64,000 nucleotides of DNA from Priapulus caudatus. Taxonomy: Eukaryota. The DNA lies in assembly GCF_000485595.1 (NCBI RefSeq), contig NW_014577067.1, forward strand, positions 468,941-532,940, in the 5' to 3' direction. Made by a program: the position numbers and the translations under genes. Shown piece by piece: positions 38,796 to 51,024 of the stretch. Each line of letters begins with the position of its first letter. Within the stretch, counting starts at the first letter, position 1. The notes beneath the pieces were generated by a model. It ran no database searches, was not told the DNA's origin, and saw nothing but the letters and a program-made list of their open reading frames with translations.

Positions 38796-39759
38796 AGCAG
38801 TAGCCCACGTGTACACGCCGGCTCGCATCTTGAGATGCCATCAGGTTCATCACCTTGTTTTCACTGGGGCGATGACTCACGGACGAACACCACGCGGCAA
38901 ACATCAACGAAATTATTCGAAACGGGACATCGAACGAGACTGAGAAAAAATACGAACTGCAACAGTGCATGTGAACTCAAGAGATATCTTAATCAATCAT
39001 CCGTACGTTGTTTGTCTAATTTCACGAACGAATTCCTGAATTTGTGTTGTGAAAACTGGTTTTTGGCGATGATCATATAGAGCCAGCTTCGTCGCAATCG
39101 CCTGCAATGTAATCTGCATCCATCTGGGATTGTAGGCAAATATTGCAGAAAATCTCACCGAAAGATGACGTGCCCGAAAGCGAAAGAATTTATGACAGCG
39201 TCGACAGGTACAAAATCACATACGCTAATGAGCTTTTTAAAATCACGAAAGAGTGGGGCTTTTAATTTGTACAGGGTTATTGATTTTCTAAATCTGAAAC
39301 GATTTCAGTGAAAAATTTTAATAACAAATGCACATGCATGATCACAATTTGCCAGACTAGTGCAAGCCATCAACGTCACGGCACGTGTAAAGAACTTGTA
39401 AGACTAGTAATAAGAGCCGAACAGTAGAACATACTGTAATAACCTTCTCATCTGTATTTTAAAGTCACACGTCTCTGCACAGGTAATGATATCATTAGAA
39501 GGAAACGGGACTAGGTTGGCACTCTATCATTCTCAGTAGTTGACAAAAGTTAATAGAGATACAAACTGTGTGCTTGCTGTGGTGAATTTCACCTCGACAG
39601 CATGAGACATTATATACGTACCACCACATCACAACACCTCACCTACATGACATTTCATCATAACATTCCATCAACAATATAGTGCAATCCTTACTGGCCC
39701 ACTACACTGCTACTAGCAGTTACCTACTCAAATTACATCACACGACAAAGGCTAATTTT

Positions 39760-42110
39760 AAATGAAAGTGTCAATGACACTGTAGCTCACCTTGGGTGTG
39801 ATAGAAGAGGGAGGGGGATATATAAAGCAAGAGTATATAAATATATGCGAGAACTCCCATTATATAGCATATCTCCCATTATATACTCTTGATAATGATA
39901 TATGCATAAGTTTTGATGCGAAAATAAATGTTTCAGATCTGAAAGTCTGAAATCTTGACGAGAGATAGCACTACGCCTAAATGATCGCGATTTTGGTTTT
40001 CGAATATCGCGCAAATAAAAGCAATAAAATATTCCAGTCAAATTACTGTAACGAAGAATCTAAAACACAATATTACACGTATATAGGTATGATTGTAGAG
40101 TTGTTAACCAGAGTTAGACGAAATAAACGTAATAGGACGTTGTCATCTCTCTCATAGGAGTAACAACTGTTTTGGGGCTAGCCTTACAGTTACACATTGA
40201 TTCACATACCAAAATTTAACAAAATCTAATTAATTTAGATGGTCATTTTCATTTTTGCCAAAAAGTGGGCGTGACTCGAACGTAGGTCGACTGGCGTGCT
40301 CCAAAATAGGAAGTTCAAACCTCTCCCATAAGAGTAACAACTATATGCAATTTGAAACATGTGGGTCAAACGGTTCTTGAGTTATCGTTGACCGTAGGCA
40401 GACACTGAAATGCATAGATCTACCTAATTTGCATAATTAAAAAAACAAGTGCCGCAGAGCGACAGCGCTCATCCTAACACGTCTACTGGCGGTGACTCTG
40501 TGGTGGAGTGGTGGATCTACGTAAACCTTGTTTAGTCCCAAATGTGTTTCACCACGAGACACGCCGAAACAGTGAATGCCCACAGAGGATGGGTAGGAAC
40601 CGTTCTCGAAAAGAATGTCTTCGTTTGGATCCGGTCTATGAAACCGTTGTGCCAACGAGATGGCGAGGTACGATTTACAGTGTCCTCAGATTAAAGATTT
40701 GCAAGCTTCCCATCAACGTCAGTAGCAACAACTATCTGGCAAGACAGACCCTAGGGTAAGCACTCCATGCCATTTATACGCAGCCTACAGCTGCGCGCAT
40801 CAGAGCAGGGCTGCCACCTGTGAACGCAATTAAGGCAAAAACTGGCCACAGTCGCCACAACTGGCACATGCACCTGGCAGTGCCACTGGCAGCCGGCATA
40901 CGTACATTGTACCCATACTGGACAGTACAGAATGCCTCATCCTAAATTTACGATTAAGGGCAGCATAAACCTTCTTAACCAAAATTTAGTTTTGAAATTT
41001 CAGCTGTGACATTGTACAGCGTCTTCAGGGCATGTATAGATTGCTCCCTAGCAACGCGCGCAGTCAAATTCTTTCTAACAAAGCAGACAGTCACAACATC
41101 CATGTTTAAAGCGCCTCCTCCGTTGAGGGTCAAAAGTGTATCCCTGACACTGTATCTTCCAGTGTCAGCAGAAAGTAAGATTCATTTGGTCCTTTCAATA
41201 CTGCCAGTACCAAAAATGCTAGTCACCCGGCTGAAACAAAAAGTTTTTCAACTCGCTGACGGCCACCGCGCGGCGTCCGCCGTCAGCACCCTTGTCCTCA
41301 CGAAAAATGTCTAACCATCTGCCCTGCTGCCCCATTGACGCTTTGACCTGTGACCCGTCCCCATCTTCGGCGACACGTGAATGTTTTTCCTGACCATGAT
41401 GCTATACACCGACTAATCACGACGCTAGGCGAGCGCTTTAGATTTGTGCCCAATTCGCATTCCTCCCTATACCGTTAAGTTAATCGGACTGAATGTTGCG
41501 CGCCCTTCCTTTTACCACCTCTTGACCCTTTGGACGCCCCAGCTTTCGACAGCACAACTCGTCTTGACGATGCCCGCCCAACGACGCCAATATCCGGGAC
41601 CGTACGTCGGAGCGCGTTAAGATTTGTGCCAAACTCCGTTGACGGACGACCGGACGACCTCGGACGGACGGACATCAACGCGATTCTACCAAGCTGCATC
41701 TGACTAGTCGATGAGCTAAAATCAAAAACCTGTGTGACGATGTTTTGGGCGCCAGTCCTCACTTCATCACAACGCCAGAAAATAGCAAACAATCCATTAA
41801 ACCTGAAGCTGACTTATGGCCATTTTCCATTTCGTGCACGTGGCCCGAATGTAGGCACGACCTGGCCTGTCGCGCCAAAATAGGACGCTCAAAACCTTCC
41901 CATAGGCAGGTGACAAACCATATATCACATTTGAACTCCGTGCCCCGCCAACACACCACAACCCACACCCGCCCCCGCCCCACAACCACCAGTGGGGTCA
42001 AACGGTTCTTGAGTTATCGTTGACCGTAGCCAAATGTTGACGGACGGACGTACGATGGGCGACACCCCATGGAAATAGCTCAGCTTGACGATGTCAAGGC
42101 GAGCTAAAAA
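39760..42110. mobile_element. Helentron-associated element family 1, copy B, interrupted by a nested family-2 element
   Basis: Same termini as copies A and C (aatgaaagtgtcaatgacactgtagctcacc...cttgacgatgtcaaggcgagctaaaa). Collinear with copy A once 40446-41717 is removed. Confidence 0.8.
40446..41717. mobile_element. Helentron-associated element family 2, nested
   Basis: Termini caagtgccgcagagcgacagcgctcatc...caagctgcatctgac...tgagct are shared with 53303-54197. Inserted in an A-run with no TSD. Confidence 0.7.
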
Positions 42111-43626
42111 TAAACACGAATGGGTACACATAACACAATTTTACAGCAAATTTAAAACAAATCAGCATCGATTTGGGGAAGTAAAATATAATAATATAAT
42201 TGTAGTAATTCAATCAGGTTAAATTAAATCAGTTAATATATCAGTGCCACATACTATAGTAATCAATTATAAATCACATAATGACATAATCAAATGAATA
42301 CATAATGGCGTAATAAAATAATAAAATAATCATTTAAATATGGGTTGGGGGTGCTTCGTTAGGAAGGGTAATCAGAAACTGGCCACGAGATTTTTTTAAA
42401 TTTTATAGAATATTTCTGTCAGGCAATAACATACAATGTGAATAATATTCTCTAAAAAGTATATTAAAAAAACGAAACTAAATAGTTAGACATAAGAGCC
42501 TGCCAAAATCCATACACCAAAATCGATCAGATTTAATGCAGCAATAGCAACTAATTAGACTTCAATTGAAAACCGCAGTGTAGTCTGGTTTGTTACTGGC
42601 ATAGACCACCGCGTGGGTGTAATGATTTGTACTGTGATGCGAATAAAGCCGGTTTTCTCATTAATGACATCTATTGAATACGCCATCCCCCCCCCCAACT
42701 AACCCACACAAACACAATCTTACGCAGGAATTGCCTTTCACGTCACACACTAAATAGTTGTTAGGTTGAAAATTGCACACTGGTATACAAGGGTATTAAA
42801 TTACATAGAGATAGTTACATTTGTATCATATTTGCTTTATAAATTATATAATAATAACATTTTCGTTTAAATAATAACATATAATTTACTTTATGAAATG
42901 AAATTGCAGTATGGTTAAAGGCTTTTGCATTTTGCTGAAAGTAAAATTGTACAACACAGAAAATTAGCAACATTTACTAGTCTATAGTGATAGGGATATA
43001 CAATTTAAAACTTAATTATATGGAATGAGTGTTATAATTTATCTTAATATACAGAACATATTAATTGACAATTACAATGGTTTCCACACGTTGGAATGTG
43101 CAACAAAAATACATATATATATATATACGTGTGAAACAAAGCCAAAATTGGCTCAATTCCATGAAGAAATAGCTAGCTTTTTCATGTTTTCCAAGATTTT
43201 GGTGATGTGATCTGTTACAAAGGTTTCTGTTATGTATTTTTTTTTTTAGATCAGCTGGTCTGTTGGAGTTCAGTAAAGCCTCTTCAGTCTTCATTGTGAT
43301 ACTCCCAGCGGATTAAAAGAGGACAATGATGATGGAATTATTTTTAAGCCAAATACACCTATTTAAAAATAACCAAAAGTCTTCAACACACTGTGTCAGG
43401 AAGCAAAAGGGGGACAATAAGTCTAGAAGGTTTTTAGTTTATTATGATCTTTGTGGCAAAAAAACAATATGTATATATATATATATATGTGTATACATAC
43501 ACAAGTTCAAGTACAAGTTCAAGTAAAATTTATTTTCATCGGTATATAATGAACATTATTAACATAAGCTAAGAGCTTTTGCACCGATATCAAACAAGAG
43601 TAAATAGATAGTGATTAAAACATGTA

Positions 43627-44020
43627 TGATAAAAACTGCGTAACTGCAGTGTTACTATCACATAATTGGCCGAATCTTCAACTACGCCATAAAGAGAACC
43701 GACTCAACCTTCTCAACAAAATTATTTCTGGAAGTGTCGCGATCCCCAAAGTCAAGTACAACAGGATGGGTCCATCGCGCACACGGATCAAAAACGACAA
43801 CAAGCTTGCAGTCAATCAGTCATTAGAACCTCGCAAGGGGAATTCAAAATCTCATTCTTTCCACGGACCATCATGGACTGGAATGTCTGCACGCAGACCG
43901 TGATCGACACTATCAGTGTCGCAGTCGCGGCCGAGGGCGCCTAATTTCACCACGCCCCATCACCTGCGTCATAATACGCATATACGCGGTCGACGCAGTA
44001 CTATCATCAAGATCAAGATC
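43627..44020 (+). mobile_element. 5'-truncated CR1/L2-clade LINE fragment with ~24-bp TSD
   Basis: Degenerate RT C-terminus VTAVL..NWPNLQLRHKENRLNLLNKII.G.VAIP, then frameshifted SFFPRTIMDWN. (TCAAGA)n tail. aaatagatagt(g/a)attaaa(a)catgta is duplicated at 43602 and 44021. Confidence 0.75.
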
Positions 44021-44056
44021 AAATAGATAGTAATTAAACATGTAATCTAACTACTG

Positions 44057-44402
44057 AAAAGTAATGGTAGCAATTAAAACATATAGACAGTTGCCTTTAA
44101 AAACAATATTTTATATTGTTAAATATTGTTATATATATATCAAGAGTACATAATAGAGATATTGAGATATAGACATATAGAGATATAGATATATAGAGAT
44201 ATATATCTATTATGTACTCTTGATATATATATATAGTTAATTATTTTATTAATATATATACACATTTCTGTTATGCGACTGACATATATATATATATATA
44301 TATATATAACTGATATATATATATATAACAATATTTAACAATATAAATATTGTTTTTAAAGGCAAGTTCTGTCTATATGTTTTAATTGCTACCATTACTT
44401 TT
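44057..44402. mobile_element. AT-rich foldback MITE (~85-bp TIRs) containing a CAAGAG palindrome
   Basis: aaaagtaatggtagcaattaaaacatatagacag... is inverted at 44320-44402. Confidence 0.7.
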
Positions 44403-44807
44403 AACAAATTTATTATTAAACAATACAGAACTTCAAAATCGTGGACTTTGGGTGCTGCCGTGAGACATCCAACTGTGCTACCCCATGATTGACGAAGTTG
44501 CCTTTTGAATGTTATTGCTATTATAAAAGTTCATGTTTGATATAACGGAACTCGGATGTTAGTAGATGACAAAGGTATATATCACAAAATATATGAACAT
44601 TACTTAATACTAGGACTTTATTAGTATTTAACATCAATATTTATCCTCTCAGTGTGATCAGGTTAACTTTTTTTGGCTGGCCAACTAATGGTAATGAACA
44701 TACAAATTATAAGCAAACTTAATGGTATTGATTCTCACTTTACAGTGTTTATGAATTTTAATGACCTTCAATAAAGGTAATTACACCCACACACGCACGC
44801 ACGCACA

Positions 44808-44839
<32 letters not shown>

Positions 44840-47800
44840 CACACACACATACAATGTACATTTACAAGTGTAGCACCAACAAAACTAGCCCCATTAACAA
44901 AATTCTGAGGCCAAACAACAAAAACAACACCAATGGTGGCAACAATAACATCATACCATAATCCCCCAGTTATTTAATAAATAATAACTAAAATCCATAT
45001 CATATGATCAAACAGTCTACCAAACAGATGTTGTGATACCCGTATGTATGCTTTCTAAAATATTCTATAGAGTGACGGCTGTAAAACTGTTTGTGGCTGT
45101 CGGCAAAATCATTTATTTTTACTTTACCGACTGCAATTCTTTACCCAATTACTGGTCAACCTTTCTCGTAATTCGAAAACCTGCATCGCGTACCATTACA
45201 CCTATGACTTCGTCCAATTTTCAGCATCACAGTTTATTTCGTGGTAAACATGGCAATTTTCATCGCAAGCGAAATCGGCATAAATGATCCGTGGTTCAAC
45301 AACAGGGCATGTGTGTGTGCAATGTCAACAACACGCACACGGAGGTGTTTTCAAATACAGCCGATTAAATTTTCTTCGTGACATTGAAGAACATTCAACC
45401 GGATCAATGTGCTTGGTGCGATCATGCGATGTTTATTTGTTAAATTGATGGTTTATCGAATGACTGAAAATACCGATTGCTTAAGTGAGCTCATCTAAAT
45501 AAAGGCATATGAAATTTAAAACTACCTTTCATTTAATGTGTTACATATGCCTAAAATATAAATACCCACAAACACAGCTACACCTATAAATGTATTATAC
45601 AGGGATATTTATGTATATTTAATGGAAAACATCTCAAGATAAACTCATTCACTCAGAGTTGTTCAGATAACTAAGATATTACTGTAGACATTACTGACGT
45701 TATTCGAACAATGCATGGATAGGGGCACGAGCACAGGAATTGGGACAAGGTCATTCAGGTGGATAACAAACATTTCCAAAGGGCTCCATTGGGCAGATGT
45801 CTCAGACTGTGAACAGTCCTACGTAGCATTACAGTAGAACACTAGCACAATGTACATGCATGCAGTTTTATTTACAGAATGTCCACATATTCAGTACAGT
45901 TTCACACTGTGCCGACATACAGAATGACGTGTGTACGCACGTGTCTATTGTTATATATATGGAATCTGGGGTTGCTGTCTGTCTAGACTAGACTACATAA
46001 AATTTTCAAAATACAAGCTTGGTTGTACTTGTCAGAGACTCGAAATTACTATGCCACTACAGCTTATATTACCATTTTATTGCATGACGTGACTACATCG
46101 CATTAAAAATGATCTATATGACTACAAAGTGACGGGATTAAGGTTGCCCGGCAGCTGGTAATACAACGAAATCTTCACTCACAAACACGACTAGATTGTT
46201 TCCCATCGTCCCTTTCCACTACCCAAAGTCTAACCTACTTCTACTCTATACTGGCCACCATCAACATACTGAAGATTCTGCCAACGAATCTATATGACTG
46301 AACGAATAAGTAATTTTCTTGAGAAAAATATCTACTCTTACAGGGTTCGATAATAATATTCGATATAAGGACAGCAAGCAGTTTTGCTGCCTGCTTTCAA
46401 CATTGGCGGCAATTACTTGCTGCCAAGAAATTCCTAACAAACCATAGTAGAAGAACCAAAGATTCTGCATGTGTGAGTAAATTTGCTGCCTGCCTTTTTC
46501 TCTGGCAGCAAGTACTTGCTTTCTGCTAAAAAAAACGTTCAATTCACGTCCCGTCCATGTAACAAGATTCATTTATAATTAATTATTCATGGTTCTTGAT
46601 TATAAATGTAACCTTAAATTTTTGCGTTATATTTTTTTACATGACAGGGGTGATTTTTAATCATATTTTCACGCAATCCATCAGACATACAAAAAAGAAA
46701 TATCTGGCAGATGGTGCACATGCAGTTACTTGTCTTAATTTTAATTAAATCCTACAAAGTACAGCATGAATGCAATCATGCATCATATTTTACTCCAACA
46801 CCATCATATTAAACTGTCACACGTGACGATTTCATGACACATTCCCCAAACAGCTAATGACCATATAAATATGCAAATAAGATGCAGTAACCATTTCAAT
46901 GACACCATTAGGAAATATAGCAGTGCCAATGTTAGTGTTGTTGTAGTTGGCAGCGTTGGTGGTGGTGCTGGTGAGTATCAATACTAGTAGTAGTACATTG
47001 TAAGTGGTACAAGAACGATACAGGTAACGTGAATGACGACGAAGATGCAAAATGTTGTACTTGATAGCGTTGCATTGACGCTTCCATTGCTTGTTGATTC
47101 AGTGAGAACAGAAGGGAGGTAACTGCTGTGTGCATGTGCACGCACGTGTCTGTGCATGTGTGTGTGCGTGCGTGCGTGTTTGCGTGCGTCTGCACGCGTG
47201 TTGATGGGAAGAACCTTCTGGTCGACTGGTGTAAAAGTCACTGACACATACGTTCCGTTTATTACGCTTCATTTATGTGCTGTGATTATCTGTACAATAG
47301 ACTAAATTTGAATAGCTGCCTAACAGCCATTGTCTGCTGTCTGCAATTTGCTCAGCATATTATACTTATAGAAAGAAATAATTTAAATGTTATGTTTTGG
47401 CAAAATCTACCTATGTTCTCCATGTTTCAAAAGTTGTTTTGCCATGTACTGTTCTAGCACATACACCAACAACAAGATTACCTTGATTACCAGCAGAAAG
47501 ATATGTTTACACGATGCGAAATAAGACACTGTTGTATTGTTACATTTTATCTTTTTGGTGTATAAACCATCAATCAAAATACAATGACACCCCCATGAGT
47601 ATGTGATCGGTTCATCCTACTAAAGGAACCAACATATATGATGGGGTTAGCATTCAGTTCTGAAATTTCGAATTAGGATTAGGTTATGGTTAGAGTTTTG
47701 TCCTGATGCACCCCTCCCCCTGATGTATAATTACTGAGGTCGTGGTGATAATGATATGTATACAAGCCCAAAAGAGCTAATTTAAGAGTTACCACTATAC

Positions 47801-48171
47801 CTACGCGTACGTAGCCATTCCGAACCTTTATCTCTACAAAAGGAAAAGGTTGAGGAGTCAAGGACTACATAGTCAGAGCTATCTCAACAGTGTGCGGTGG
47901 TTCTTTTATCTTGTGGATCAAATGGCTGCGATGCGTACTGATGCAACTAATGTACAGCAAACTCAGTATACCAGTGACATTGCAGTGAAAATTCAAGGGA
48001 AGCAAAGACAGATAAATTATAGACACATCGTTGCCTTCTTTTGGCATGCAAGATGGTGTTTATCCAACCCAGACCACTACTACAAGTTAGTGTAGTAATT
48101 GACATCATATAATTTGAGTATAAGTATAACCATCTACAAATAATAACCTGGACCCTTTAGGCTTTAGTTAT

Positions 48172-48421
48172 GCTCATAGGGTCTATGCCCTCCAGGGTAC
48201 TACCGGAGGGTACCCTGGGTACGGTTCGATATATCGTGTAAATATCTGATATGGTTAGGGTTAGGGAGTAGGCGTAGGCGACTCCCTAGACTCGTTAGTG
48301 GAGTAGGCGAGGTACGGTCCGTCATATCAGATAGTACCAGGGTACGTTCCGATATATCGAACCGTACCCAGGGTACCCTCCGATAGTAGGGCCTACCCTG
48401 GGGGACATAGACCCTCTCAGC
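48172..48421. mobile_element. Palindromic MITE with TTAGGG motifs and a perfect 9-bp TSD (Mutator-like)
   Basis: Termini gctcatagggtc / gaccctctcagc. TSD tttagttat at 48163-48171 and 48422-48430. Confidence 0.85.
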
Positions 48422-48555
48422 TTTAGTTATGTATCCACATGACACGGAGACAGACTATAGTATAGCACTAGCAGTATAACCTAATATTCCGTATGAAATA
48501 AATATACAATAATACCAAGGACCTTTATATACTCGGTAATACCAAATACACTTAC

Positions 48556-48658
48556 ATGCAATATTTTCAGAAGGGCCTGACCGTGCAGTGACGGATGAGC
48601 CAAATCTTGAAAGCAGCAGAAGGGCGGCAATTCTTAACACTGTCGTGAAGATTTTCAT
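48556..48658 (-). CDS. Candidate signal-peptide first exon, probably of full-length MuSK
   Basis: MKIFTTVLRIAALLLLSRFGSSVTARSGPSENIA followed by donor T|GTAAGT (phase 1). Same strand as and upstream of the MuSK Ig exons. Linking exon(s) not found. Confidence 0.5.
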
Positions 48659-49987
48659 TTCTCCACCTGCACTTGCAAGGAGCCTGCCATTGTCGGCCCA
48701 AATAAAGCCAAAGGCGTCCTACATTATTCCTGCTTTCTCCATCGATGTGAACGCAAGATCCCACCAGCCGATTACCTTGTTTGAATAACGCAACCACTCA
48801 AATGAATGAAAACCTGTCCATGACCATGGGCGATGGGCACCCCATTAGAGCACCAACGGCAACGCCACCACACAACAACAATCAATGTTCCAATACATAA
48901 ACTACGACCGCCGGTTGTTTTTCACGCCATTCCAACACCGGTGTAGCCGGCAAACGACCATGATAAACACAGCAGAGTTGGACGAGAGTGTACAGAATCT
49001 TGTGGACTCGCCAGAAACTTCCGGTTGACGTCAGCTATATGCGTCGGCTGAGACATTCGTACGTGTTTGCCTCACTCAGGCTCAAGCCCGACTGGCAAGC
49101 CGGCTGGCTGCTACAGTCACAACAATCCCAGAATGCAGCACGGGTGTTGGAAAAACCAGGAGCCGGCGCCAGCGTTCCCACTTACAAGGAAAATTAGACC
49201 CTGCGAAAATTATAATAACGTTGAGAAGAAAATAATAGAAAAAGAAAGCAGCAGAAATGACAGAGCACACTAATTTATTTGTATAATCAAAGGCGGAGAT
49301 CAGAGCAGGCTAGAGTCTAGACAGATACACACCATAAAGCTAGTTGCACAATAATGACACACGGGCAAATAGTGTCTCTATTTACCCCCAATGACTGAAA
49401 CAATGGCATAGTACTAACAAATATGAAATCTGAATTATTGCGACAGTATTTTCCATCCTCAATCAGTCCATCACTCAGCACACTTAATCATGGTGCCACA
49501 TGGATGTATACAAATACATGGACATGTTCACAATACAAAAATATTTGTTTTTATATATCTGCTATTTTATGTGCCACCATCTCCAACTTGCACCTTATTG
49601 ATTCATACAAATTGTGGTAGATGGCGCTATTTAGAGATGAGACAAAATATCTATATGAAGGCAATATATTTATATGCAGAGGCAAATATATTTATAAATT
49701 ATGTTATAAAAATAACAATAAATAATAATAGAAAACAGCAGTGCATTATGGATTATATGATTTTAAAGAAATTGAGCCAGACAGTTGAGGAATTTTCCAT
49801 AGGCCCAAGTGAGAGCACTGAGTGATTCCATATAGAGATTTTAAGCCACCACAATCAAACTGTGGACCCACAAGTATACAAGTTACGAGTAAACTTGGTA
49901 TTAATTGTTATTATCGAATTGGCGATAAGCAGATCTCTTACACGGACAATCCGATTGTGTGTATGCATAAATCTCTACGAGAGCCAG

Positions 49988-50824
49988 GAACTGATCAGGA
50001 GATATACCTATGAGTCTTATATATGCTATATGAATATGTTGAATATATAAAGTGCCTTGCTTACACCTGAAACAAATCTACAAATTCTGTGGAAATTGTG
50101 CAATGAATTCCATTATAAATCCATAGGTAAATATTTCGTGATGACAAAATGATTATAGGCACTGTATCTGTTTTTATATTGATGTATATATTTATATGCA
50201 AACCATGTGTGTAATTTTTTGGTCCACAAACCGTTTGTGGCGGCTGAGAATTTTTTCGGTCCACACTGTTTGTGGTGGCTAAGAAATTTTTGGTCCACAA
50301 ACTGTTTGTGGTGGCTAAGAATTTTTTGGTCCACAAACTGTTTGTGGTGGCTAAGAATTTTTTAGGTCCACAAACTGTTCGTGGTGGCTCAGAAATCGTC
50401 GATGCTTTTATTGCTTCTACATTAGCATACTACACACATATGGTTTGCATATAAATATATACATCAATATAAAAACAGATACAGTGCCGATAATCATTTT
50501 GTCATCACGAAATATTTACCTATGGATTTATTATGGAATTCATTGCACAATTTCCACAGAATTTGTAGATTTGTTTCAGGTGTAAGCAAGCCACTTCATA
50601 TATTCAACTTATTCATATATAGCATATATAAGATTCGTAGGTCAGGGGCGTGTACAGGATTTGTACCAGGGGGGGTCTAACCGTAACCCAAACTTGCGAG
50701 CACACCCCCAGAATTTTTTTTTAATTAGACCCCCTTAGATGCGTTTTCTGCGCGAGCAGGGGGGGTCCGGACCCCCTGGATCCCCCCTGTACACGCCCCT
50801 GTAGGTATATCTCCTGATCAGTTC
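49988..50824. mobile_element. Foldback element with ~225-bp TIRs and an internal ~34-bp tandem repeat
   Basis: 49988-50212 is inverted at 50431-50824 (interrupted by a MITE). The centre has ~5 units of aattttttggtccacaaactgtttgtggtggctaag. Confidence 0.85.
50643..50801. mobile_element. MITE with CAGGGGCGTGTACAGG TIRs and 5-bp TSD TAGGT
   Basis: 16-bp perfect TIR. taggt at 50638-50642 and 50802-50806. The empty site is visible in the opposite arm of the host foldback. Another copy begins at ~34127, cut by the gap. Confidence 0.85.
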
Positions 50825-51024
50825 ATGTACACATGACATGCAGATACTCGTGACGCACACATCCACAGTAGAAACAAAGTACATGCATTACAAAAAAACT
50901 TTAAAGCCTACATAAACAGCACAATACTAATGCATTAGGATGTAACCCCCTACATATCAAGATTATTTAGTAAACATCATGAGACTGGCATGATAATGTA
51001 ACTACTTGACTACCCTTAGTCAGC

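Noticed and set aside
50213..50395. CRISPR-like array of palindromic ~34-bp repeats
   Set aside because: Units are head-to-tail with no unique spacers, there are no cas genes, and the context is eukaryotic.
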